A DNA stretch of 18,314 bases from Paraphysomonas bandaiensis (lineage: Eukaryota; Protista; Chrysophyceae). The stretch is from assembly GCA_965644295.1 (NCBI GenBank), contig CBFFRP010000448.1, positions 1 to 18,314 of the forward strand, given 5' to 3'. This document shows, in pieces, positions 1 to 9,589 of the stretch (the first letter of the stretch is position 1; each line of letters starts with the position of its first letter). Position numbers and translations under genes: made by a program. The notes under the pieces are model-generated. The model saw only the letters and a program-made list of their open reading frames with translations. It ran no database searches and was not told the origin of the DNA.

Positions 1-1062
1 AGCTACCATGTTAACAATGGACATTTCACTGAAGTTAACTTTGCTCTACGCGTAAACCGTAACCTTACTGTTGAACACAATGCACTTTCAAGTAAGAAAT
101 TATGATTATTATTCTGAACACTTCACTACATATTCGTGTAACATATGTTGAAACATCTGTTCTTATAGCAACATCTGCTTATCATATGTTCATCAGTCAG
201 TTCTATATCTTGTATAGTCACACATCAGTAACTGAATTTAATTCCTTTGTAACTATAATCACCCGTTACACCTATGAGTTGACTTTACCTATAATTGCAC
301 ACTGTTAACTCACTTCAATTGCACAATATATATCACATCATATTGCAGAACTCAACAGGGGTCTTGGTGTTTGAGAAATCTTCTAGAACTTTAGTTGTAG
401 TCTGCGTTTCACTATCATCTATTCTTATTAGATGCGGAACCACTTATTAAGACCCATCTTAATATACGACAGTTCAATATTAATATAATTCATATCTATA
501 TGAATTATAGAGTTCAATGAAATATATCACTAACTAAATTAATGATAGTATCTGTTGAAGATACATGATCGTTACTTTAACGATCGTCATTTTCAGTTAC
601 ATTTCTAACTATTCCGTTGTACGTGATAGTTATGTTCTATACTAATAGTAACTTCTTACATTGCTGTATTCATCACTCATTACTTTTGCATTCTTATAAT
701 CACAACATTCTTCTTACTATTTTTAATATTAAATCTTCATTTCACTGGACAATCTTCTTTCTAATATAAAAGAAGGCATTATCAAGGTGAGTGTATTAAT
801 ATTTCAGTTATATATATATACGAACAATATAAAGATGCCGTTGACTAACTAACGTATGCTCCAGACAGAAGACTGTAATAGCACCTATAATATTATTAAT
901 CAGAAACTTTACAGCACCTATGTATAATATACACCACTTCCCCGACAATAGAAGTCTAACGTCTAGCACATGAGTCTACCTCATTGTGCCCCATCTCTAT
1001 AACCTATAACTATTACATAGCACCTATTCTATTGTATGATAGTCTTTCATACAAAAATAGTG

Positions 1063-2733
1063 CTATTTGGCAGTGTGATCTAAAGATGAGTGTACTCCTT
1101 TGATTCTGTCCATATCTCTGCGAGATGTGTCAGCAGTTAGGCCCACAACTAACTTCTCTCCAGCGGAGACACGCGACCCAGTGAAATAGCCAGACCTATT
1201 CTTTCCACAAGATGTCCAGTTTCGTTTTCCACAGAAAGAACATGGAAAGTCGGGTCGACATCGGGATCCCAGTGTGGAATCACGTTTACCACACCCTACG
1301 CATTCGTAGAAACGTTTCAACACAGCCACCTGTCGTATCGTATGACCATTCAGTCTACATCCCTTTAAAGGCTCTTCTGACAGAGCTCCACATGAGCACT
1401 GATGTGCCTTCACTCGCACTTCCCGTACTTTTTCATCCCGCATGGCAGCTGCCTCCCTCCTCTCCCACTGTTTCATGCGGACCATGTATCCCTCGAACCA
1501 CTCTTCAGACGCTTCATCAGCATGCGATGATTCCTGCTTCAGCAGTGACGCGATTTCTTCGGCGCTCATTCCCCCACCCCTAGAAGAGGAGCCTTCGCTC
1601 TGATATTTACGCTTTCTACTTCCCTCTTCTCGCCCATTTCCATTAGCATTGCGAGCTAGGTTCTTCATGTCAATCATAATGCTGTGTTCGCCTCCCGATC
1701 CAACCACACGAAGTGATTTAGTACTTTCCATGACTCTGCGGGAATCATCTCCAGTCAACCTAATGGGTCCACCTCTAACAGCCACACGCGGAACAGCAAC
1801 CGAATGATTTGAAAGAAGACTATTTTGGTGTTGCTGGGAAGGAGGTTGGTGATTAGAAGAGAGTTTTTGAGTATTAGCTTGTTGATTAGGTCCAGAGCGT
1901 TTGGCAAGGCTGGAAGAGAACACCTTCGACTCTTTGGGTATTCTAACAGCACCATCTTGTCGGCATTCGGCTACCATTTCGTCAGAACACACAGAAGAGC
2001 AATGGGACGATTTCCGGGTGCCTGCGGACTGCAATGATGATGGAAGGGAAGCCGGAGCACTCTTAAGTGCCTCCTGAAAGGGATCCACATGATTGCTACT
2101 GCTGCTACCGGATGTACCAGTTGAGGTCCTCGGAGCACTGTTGGACGATTGCGGTTTTAATGTTTCTTTATTTATAGGAGTCGCAAACGGGAAAACATTA
2201 TTGTCGGCTTCTGTGCGTACTATTCTGTCCTCTGGATGATATAGACAGCGATCACTTACACTAGTATTTACGGGCATAGTGCAAGGTCTCCCATCTCGCC
2301 TGACACCTACACACCGACCAAACACCGCACAAGATCCTACTACCACTACATTCATTTGTTTCTTTACAGCAAACGCAAGTGTTACTCCTCTATCTGATGT
2401 ATCAACTGATACAATGGGGTCAATTAAGACGACTACAGCGCCCTCATCTCTTGAATTAAAGTGTCGATTCGAGTCATTTGATAGATATAAATGAGCCATT
2501 AAACCATTCAAATCTGTTACACTATACATGAATTCATAATCTGATCGATGACTTCTTAAACGATTAGATATAATCACTGCAGTAGCTCGTCGTATAGTCT
2601 GATCTACACGTATGTTAGCTATAGACTCTATACGACACCCCTCTCTATTAATTAAAGCCAATAGAGCGGTATCTGATATCTTCCTGTGATTAATCTCAAG
2701 ACCTGTGATAGAGTCGATGTCTTTAGGGGCCAT
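1063..2733 (-). CDS. MCM10: DNA replication initiation factor MCM10 (intronless, 556 aa)
   Basis: N-terminal OB-fold-like region (TGLEINHRKIS...SVTDLNG...EGAVVVLIDP) followed by the Mcm10 CCCH finger GRCVGVRRDGRPCTMPVNTSVSDRCLYH. The C-terminal domain has LLKQESSH, CSC...C...H and KRFYECVGCGKR...CSFCGKRNW, matching the two-zinc Mcm10 CTD pattern. Confidence 0.9.
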   Translation of the reverse strand: MAPKDIDSITGLEINHRKISDTALLALINREGCRIESIANIRVDQTIRRATAVIISNRLRSHRSDYEFMYSVTDLNGLMAHLYLSNDSNRHFNSRDEGAVVVLIDPIVSVDTSDRGVTLAFAVKKQMNVVVVGSCAVFGRCVGVRRDGRPCTMPVNTSVSDRCLYHPEDRIVRTEADNNVFPFATPINKETLKPQSSNSAPRTSTGTSGSSSSNHVDPFQEALKSAPASLPSSLQSAGTRKSSHCSSVCSDEMVAECRQDGAVRIPKESKVFSSSLAKRSGPNQQANTQKLSSNHQPPSQQHQNSLLSNHSVAVPRVAVRGGPIRLTGDDSRRVMESTKSLRVVGSGGEHSIMIDMKNLARNANGNGREEGSRKRKYQSEGSSSRGGGMSAEEIASLLKQESSHADEASEEWFEGYMVRMKQWERREAAAMRDEKVREVRVKAHQCSCGALSEEPLKGCRLNGHTIRQVAVLKRFYECVGCGKRDSTLGSRCRPDFPCSFCGKRNWTSCGKNRSGYFTGSRVSAGEKLVVGLTADTSRRDMDRIKGVHSSLDHTAK

Positions 2734-2856
2734 GAGAGAGTGTGTATGTGTGGTATGTGTGTGTTATGTGAGCTATGAGTGAGTGAGTTTAAGTTATGAA
2801 CAACTCGCAATGATTTCTTAGAGTTTAATTTTTGAATTTTTATATTTTATTGGCTA

Positions 2857-3138
2857 TAAAATGCTGATATTTAGAGTAATTGAGTAGTAAAATATGGATA
2901 TTCAGAGTAATTGAGGAGTAAAATATGGATATTTAGAGTAATTGAGGAGTAAAATATGGATATTTAGAGTAATTGAGGAGTAAAATATGGATATTTATAG
3001 TAATTGGGTTATAAAATATAGATGTTTATTGGTATGCTGTCCATAGAATTTGGTGTTTAGAAAATAGGATATTTATTGGTATTGAGCAGTAAAATATGGA
3101 TATTTATAGTAATAGGGTTATAAAATATGGATATTTTA
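2857..3138. repeat. 31-bp minisatellite, consensus TAAAATATGGATATTTAGAGTAATTGAGGAG, about 8-9 copies
   Basis: Units start at 2857, 2888, 2919, 2950, 2981 and 3012. After a short break, more diverged units start at about 3060, 3090 and 3121 (last one partial). Confidence 0.93.
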
Positions 3139-3314
3139 TAAGTTTCAGTTTATAAAAACTATTTATATCTCCCACAACAGTGTGTGTATATTCATATATG
3201 GATATCCATCCTCTTGATATCACTCACATTAACACAAGCTCAACACCCCCCTTCCAAACCACAACTATTCCACCCTTTAACTAGCATGCATCATATCATA
3301 ATAACACACTTATT

Positions 3315-4325
3315 ATGAATAATTTCATTGAGTCTGATATCGTTAAGAGGGCTACACATAAAGCTCATGATATTACTACAAAAGCACGTACTGATGCAAC
3401 TGTATTAGCTACTAGAGGATTAACAGTTGTACAGAATAGTGCTGAAGGAGTTATGAATGATTTAGTTGGTAGATTGGATCAATTAGATTCTGAAATAGCC
3501 AACCATTATCTAGATGGTCTTAAGTATGGGTTAGCTGGATCTGATGGATCATTTATGTCCAATTATATAAGGTATTACTGTAATCATCATGAGATATTAG
3601 CGATATTTTGTGCCGACAAACGGAATCCATATAGTAAGAGTAGAAGATTTCTTTCTATATGGAGCAAAAGTGCCCTCTCTTTTATGCTTCTTGCGGTATT
3701 TAAGACTACCAATGGTCTATCGAACCTCGCACAGGTAGTTATTGTAGTGCTTGTGATGAGTCCTTTTGGTTTACTGATAGAGGGGCTATCCACATGTGCG
3801 CCATGTCATCGTGCGAACTACTGTGTGCTCTGGGGCCGCCGTCTAGGTGCCTTTTTCTTATGGATCATAGCGCTGTTCACACTGGTTGCCGTTATACTTG
3901 GTGTGTTCCTTCTTTCCACGAACCGTGTTGATTTGTGGACGTTCGTACTGGATTTTTTGGTGTCAATACTATTAGACCAGCTTTCCCCTATCTACCTGGG
4001 TATATTTAACTGGCTGCTTCAGAGTTGGGGTGGAATGCTATGTTTGCCGCAGTTCTATTGTTGTGGCCACTACTTGCCATCTAAATTTCTTCCCATTCTC
4101 ACAACCTTCCCTGTGCAATTCCTGCTTGGACTTTACCATTTAGGTGAATCTACCTACGCAGAGGACAAAGAGCTTTTTGAGAAGCAGTACCCTGATAGAG
4201 TTGCCGTTGATAAAATGAAAGATGGCTCTCAACCAACTGTATGTGCTGTTGGTGGTGCTGTTGGTGTGGATAGTGTAATAGTAGCAGTGGATACACCGCT
4301 TTCCAGTCAAGAAGATAAGTGCTAA
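3315..4325 (+). CDS. Multi-pass membrane protein (336 aa) resembling the TM2-TM5 block of polycystin-1-like proteins
   Basis: Intact ORF with about 4-5 hydrophobic segments. NHHEILAIFCADKRNPYSKSRRF recalls the H-x-W-L-S-I-F...P-F-T-R-x-Q-R motif before PKD1-family TM2, and WTFVLDFLVSILLDQLSP recalls TM5. The CDS is well supported; the family call is tentative. Confidence 0.8.
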   Translation: MNNFIESDIVKRATHKAHDITTKARTDATVLATRGLTVVQNSAEGVMNDLVGRLDQLDSEIANHYLDGLKYGLAGSDGSFMSNYIRYYCNHHEILAIFCADKRNPYSKSRRFLSIWSKSALSFMLLAVFKTTNGLSNLAQVVIVVLVMSPFGLLIEGLSTCAPCHRANYCVLWGRRLGAFFLWIIALFTLVAVILGVFLLSTNRVDLWTFVLDFLVSILLDQLSPIYLGIFNWLLQSWGGMLCLPQFYCCGHYLPSKFLPILTTFPVQFLLGLYHLGESTYAEDKELFEKQYPDRVAVDKMKDGSQPTVCAVGGAVGVDSVIVAVDTPLSSQEDKC

Positions 4326-5042
4326 GGAATACTTATTGGATGTGTTGAACTTTAATGTTTTAAATTTTTGTATCTGTCCCGTAGTTGGATGCTCAAACAA
4401 GATTCGGCTGCTATTCTCAGTAGTACAGGCTCTTTCATAATAATATACATTACTTGCTAAATACTATCACAGCTCCCTTCTTGACCCTAAGTTTTCTCCA
4501 CGATTACATAGCGTATTCCTTATCATCATGATCTGAAAATGATAAATATATAAATATTATATCCAGATATAAGTGACTATTCCATGTAAATATGTAAATC
4601 ATGTTGTATCTAATATTTAACAACATCAGATTATGAGTACTACACTTCAAAGTTATTACAACTATTATTTCAATCGTTCTACATAATATAGTTATTTTAA
4701 TGTACAGTAGGGAGTGTTTTCTAATACAGCTTCCACGTTATAAGTTCTAGCCTATTCGTATTTCCAACTAGAGGAGTGGACAAATATTTCCGCGCATGTA
4801 ATGCTCTTATAGTAATACATATTACGATCATACAAATCAATTGTACCCTCTGTATATAACCCGCTACTGTAAGAAAAAACCCTCACTATATATCTATATG
4901 CACTCTACTTTAACCGTAAAGAGAAAGTTTCCACAGCGTTCGTTCTTAATTATTATATAACATTCACCAGTGCAACAAGAAAGCACAGTATCGCGTATTC
5001 TCACCTTCCATGATAATGAAGGTAGTAGTCAGTGCAAATTAC

Positions 5043-5582
5043 TTAATCCAAGAATATCGTTCCGTCAAGTTCCCACTTGTTTCCCGCCCACAGCCCATGC
5101 ATAAGATGGTCTTCGATTCCACATCCCGAATTTGGATGGACAAACACATCTAAAAAACCCTTATGTTTCACCATCCAACTGACCGTTTCTTCATACATAG
5201 AAACAGGAACAAACACAGCTGTCTGACCGGTCAAAAACGGACCCGCTGCTTCATAATCAGTCTATATATATAACATAACGGCTTCATATGACAAATGTCG
5301 TTAATATATACATACCTCAAATACACACAGATCCGTTTCACGCAAATCTCCTGGATTATACTGACACATATTAGACTGATCTAGATTGAATCTAGTCATG
5401 AATCCCTGTAACAGATCCTCTGCAGCGGCTGTTGAGTTCTTGTTATTATGCCAAAAGAGTGTATGAATGTGATAAGACTGAAACTCTGCATCCAAACAGC
5501 TGGAGCCTTTGAGATGGACTCCAGGGTGAGGGTGAGAGTAGGTGAGGTGGTAGAAGAGAGATAGGAGTAGAAGACGGAGCAT
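5043..5582 (-). CDS. DOPA 4,5-dioxygenase family protein (fungal/bacterial DODA type) with signal peptide, 161 aa, 2 exons
   Basis: Exons 5582-5316 and 5261-5043, with a 54-nt GT-AG intron at 5315-5262 giving ...LCVFE|TDYEAAGPFLTGQ. Motifs SYHIH, SWMVKHKGFLDVFVHPNSG, EDH and LWAG fit the family pattern. N-terminus MLRLLLLSLFYHLTYS looks like a signal peptide. Confidence 0.85.
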
Positions 5583-5623
5583 GCTAGAGTTGTATGAGAT
5601 GTTGAGATACAATTAATAGAAGA

Positions 5624-5763
5624 ACATACACATACATACATACATACATACATACATACATACATACATACATACATACATACATACATACATACATACA
5701 TACATACATACATACATACATACATACATACATACATACATACATACATACATACATACATAC

Positions 5764-5794
<31 letters not shown>

Positions 5795-5927
5795 CATACA
5801 TACATACATACATACATACATACATACATACATACATACATACATACATACATACATACATACATACATACATACATACATACATACATACATACATACA
5901 TACATACATACATACATACATACATAC

Positions 5928-5958
<31 letters not shown>

Positions 5959-6014
5959 CATACATACATACATACATACATACATACATACATACATACA
6001 TACATACATACATA
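5624..6014. repeat. (CATA)n/(TATG)n microsatellite, about 96 units
   Basis: Near-perfect CATA run from 5631 to 6014, with two CTTA variants at about 5763 and 5927. Confidence 0.99.
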
Positions 6015-6253
6015 GGTAGGTACGTAAATGGATGGGTATTCTTCTGTATTCTATTCTCTATGACCAAGGGGTCAAAGATGCGGACAGAGGCAGTGTACTG
6101 TATGTATTGTAGTATATATGTATATAGGCGTATGGTGGGTGTGAAGAGTATATGTGTATGTATGTATGTATGTGCGTATGGCTCATTCATTTCATTGTTC
6201 GGCTATGTTAAACCCCTTTCCAAAATACTCATAACTCCCTCTCCTTCATCACA

Positions 6254-7624
6254 ATGGGCAAATCCAGGCACCGAAACACTACTAGAAAACAAAGAAACAA
6301 GCAAGTTAAGTCTGTTCATAGTGAGTTCACAGATACCACACATACAGACACTCATCCCTCTAATCACACTCATTCTAACCCTTCAAAGGATGAATCTACC
6401 TCACATCTATCTACTCACACACTTTCTATAGCTTCTAATTCATGCATATCATCAAATAACGACTATGACAATGGAAGTCACCAGCAGCAGGTCGGGCCAA
6501 TAGAGGAGACCAATCAGACCACACATACAGACATATGCTACATTGAATCTCATGCAAATATATCAAAGAATGATAATGGGGTGCATGTGGAGGAATATCA
6601 GACGAGTGAGATATCGTCTATTGTGAGTGTGGATATGACTAACGGTCTCAAGGAGTCGAATAGTGTCACATGTGACACCCCTCATAACGAAAACTCTCAT
6701 CAACACACTGTTCATTTTGAAGGTATAGTTGAGACTGAGGAGCCATGCCCATCTACTGAGGAGCCATGTCCGTCTACTGAGGAGCCATGTCCATCTACTG
6801 AGGAGCCATGTCCACCTACTGAGGAACCATGTCCATCTGCTGTCCCTGAAGAGCACGACTCCTTACTTCATAGTACACACAGCACTGATGATGGAGATTC
6901 TCGTTGTGCCTTAACCCCAATGAACACCCCCATGCACACGGACACAGATGCTTCTGTGGTAGATGGTGAGGGAGCCCCGGATAGCAGTGATACGTCTACT
7001 ACAAAAGCCCTGTCTGTCGATGAACTGTCACCTAGCCACGTCAACGTGTCATCCCCCTCTCGTCCGCCAGTTGCACCCACACCACGTGCACCCTTTTCCC
7101 GCCATCGGGTGTTTTCATACCGGTTCATAGCCCTTGCTGTTGCTCGAGTGGTCCGTCTCGGTGAGCGAGCAGTGGAACATGTACAAGAAGAGGTCGAGAA
7201 ATTCGCTGGAGTACACGGCTACACATCATCTGACAAAAACTATAGTATGGGAGTCGTAGAATTATACTCTCTCCCCGATAAAGTAGAAGAAGGGGAAAAG
7301 TCCGAAGAAGTCATTGACCCTGACGATGTTTTAGTTGTGAGTGACACAGCCGTATTGCGCATTGTGCTTACTGCCTGTGCTGCATTTGCACTGGCCGTGT
7401 GCCGACTCATGATGGCCATCTATCGAGCCGGAGTGGTTGTTGTAGCGCGCAAAGCTTACCGGTCAACTATGCGCCTGGCCGCGAGATGTATGTCACTTGC
7501 AGTGTGGGTTGTGCTGCTGCCCATCTATGTTCCTTTGTACGTGGCGAAAGCTATACTGTACACTATCTTTCCTATAGCTAGAACGACTGAGCCCAAGGTC
7601 GCAGCTCTCAGCAAAAGGATATAA
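6254..7624 (+). CDS. Hypothetical 456-aa protein: disordered His/Ser/Thr/Glu-rich N-terminus, TEEPCPS repeats, C-terminal hydrophobic helices
   Basis: Long intact ORF starting MGKSRHRNTTRK. Hydrophobic segments AVLRIVLTACAAFALAVC and MSLAVWVVLLPIYVPLYVAKAILYTIFPI lie near the C-terminus. No family recognised. Confidence 0.75.
   Translation: MGKSRHRNTTRKQRNKQVKSVHSEFTDTTHTDTHPSNHTHSNPSKDESTSHLSTHTLSIASNSCISSNNDYDNGSHQQQVGPIEETNQTTHTDICYIESHANISKNDNGVHVEEYQTSEISSIVSVDMTNGLKESNSVTCDTPHNENSHQHTVHFEGIVETEEPCPSTEEPCPSTEEPCPSTEEPCPPTEEPCPSAVPEEHDSLLHSTHSTDDGDSRCALTPMNTPMHTDTDASVVDGEGAPDSSDTSTTKALSVDELSPSHVNVSSPSRPPVAPTPRAPFSRHRVFSYRFIALAVARVVRLGERAVEHVQEEVEKFAGVHGYTSSDKNYSMGVVELYSLPDKVEEGEKSEEVIDPDDVLVVSDTAVLRIVLTACAAFALAVCRLMMAIYRAGVVVVARKAYRSTMRLAARCMSLAVWVVLLPIYVPLYVAKAILYTIFPIARTTEPKVAALSKRI
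6734..6838 (+). repeat. Coding 21-bp tandem repeat x5 (TEEPCPS)
   Basis: ACTGAGGAGCCATGYCCRTCT units at 6734, 6755, 6776, 6797 and 6818; the fourth encodes TEEPCPP. Confidence 0.95.
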
Positions 7625-9127
7625 ACTTCTGTTGGAAGGTTACTCATATATGGCGTACTGTGCGAGAGAACTTGAGAATATGTTGCTGTTAGGGTAAACC
7701 TTCCAGTGTTGTTAACGGAAGCACTTGAGAGGCTTACGAATTACGATGAATTTATAAGATTTCATTTCGAGAACTTCGCTATTTTTAGGACGATGAATCT
7801 TTTTCGAAGGGATGAATGTGCGCGATATATGGTGCAATTGGAACTCGGATCACCATAGTATCGTTATTACGTTAATTAATTTAATACCAAATGCAAGTTT
7901 TATTATAAATAAGTTATTTTTATTGGCTAAATAGAAGTTTGCTTCAAGCTTATGAACTATCACCTGTGTCCACCATCTCACTAACAAGGATAGCAATTGA
8001 CCATGATAGTAGGCCTGCTTCAAAACTTCAAATACTAAATAATGATAATTCCGAAATCACAATGGCTACAGTTTAAAGAGAATATGATAGTAGATATACC
8101 AGTGCTAGGGAACAATATATTATATATTGGTATATTGCAATAATACTATTGTTAGAATCGTTCCATCAATAATCAATAATCAATAATCACTAATATAAAA
8201 TATCGATGGAGTTATTTTAATCGACCCAACAAACTATTGCGATACTACATTACAATTCCATATATTGTGAGTTACAATAACTGATGAAAGGTTTTTGGCC
8301 GGTCCACCACTTAATATATTGTTTCCTAGCCCTGAGGTATACTATTCGGAATATGGCATTAGTGAATAAGTTAGATGTCATAACAACATAAAAATAACAT
8401 CCAAAGTGTATGGTGCGAGGCGGTGTGCTATTATTTATTATGTGCCAAGTACAAGCTCGTCGCTGCATAACATTGAGGCTACTATATCCACGAAAATTTT
8501 CATGCCTATCCATAGTCCATAGTATGTGTAAAAAACAGTTATTAGGTATTAGCTAATGCATACTGTATACTATTCTTATATGCTTATGCATACACTAATC
8601 CCTAACCTTTTCGGTAGAGTGAATAGAATCTTGCGAGAGGGGTATGGTCCTACTATTGAGACAGCCCATGAAGAACAGATCAGAATTGTGTGCAAACTAT
8701 TATACAGACTTGATATTGGAGAAGACAGCAAAAGAGACGATTCCGTCGCTTCTCCACAGTAGATCAAGACCTTCATCCACATAGCTCCGAGCCATTTGGC
8801 ACAACGTCTCCTATCTCCTACATACCACATAAACACATCTATGAATATAGCAAGAAAGGTCGCACCTTGGCGACGCACAAGCAATTCTCGTAGAGTTAAA
8901 TATTAAAGAGGGATATCAGAGTTTGCACTAGTTAGTAAATGGTAGATGCTTATCTAACTCGACTAGTTTGCTCATCTTACTAATCTGGTTCTTACTCTTG
9001 AACGCCTATTGCTAAATAAACGGACATTCTGAACACAATCGTTCTCATGTAATAATCAGATATTCTTAATAAACGGACATTTACTATACGGGCTTGATAA
9101 CCGGAACAAGAAGTCCTGGTGCCACAT

Positions 9128-9245
9128 ATGTCGGCTCATCGAATTTGTCTATGAGAAATAACTTGTCGACGAGCTCCTTAGGAACACAGCGCTCCGTCAG
9201 TGCTATTGGATTACCGAGCTCAATATCAGTGCAGTCCGCTTTGTC
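9128..9245 (+). repeat. Inverted duplicate of 10036-10153 (part of CDPK exon 11), 114/118 identical
   Basis: Block-by-block comparison with the reverse complement of 10036-10153 shows differences only at ggaacAcagC vs ggaacTcagA and tgCtattggA vs tgTtattggT. Confidence 0.97.
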
Positions 9246-9589
9246 TAGAGAAAAGAACTATTACTTCTAGTCAACCATTTTACCCAAATAGTATTACTCT
9301 CCGGAACAAAGATAATTCACAACCACAATCCAGTATAATCCAAACGCACAGGCAATGAAATTTAATAATAATTTTAATTATTCATGGAGGCTGTAGGCTT
9401 ATTTAACATTATATATATATCACTGTACTCGAACCACTATAGTACGTAAGGGTACAAGTACAATATCAGTTCAAAAAAGCTCACAACATTAACAGCTATA
9501 CCCATGTCCAACAAGGACATGATCACAAATTTAGACCTACCACAATACATGTTCCAAAAGGACCTCCAAACGAAGCCCAAATATTAAAC

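Noticed and set aside
1212-2494. Short ORFs overlapping MCM10
   Set aside because: Antisense or off-frame shadows of the real gene with no recognisable motifs.
2857-3138. CRISPR-like array of ~31-bp repeats
   Set aside because: Units are directly tandem with no unique spacers, and the context is eukaryotic with no cas genes.
5396-6190. ORFs encoding (MYVC)n
   Set aside because: Translation artefacts of the stop-free (TATG)n microsatellite.
7740-7820. Three GATGAAT words suggesting C/D snoRNA boxes
   Set aside because: No proper RUGAUGA/CUGA pair or terminal stem.
8167-8194. (CAATAAT)x3-4 short repeat
   Set aside because: Ordinary short slippage repeat.
9073-9270. Open + frame spanning the duplicated exon fragment as a new gene
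   Set aside because: Openness is inherited from the source exon; it is short, with no convincing start or splice sites.
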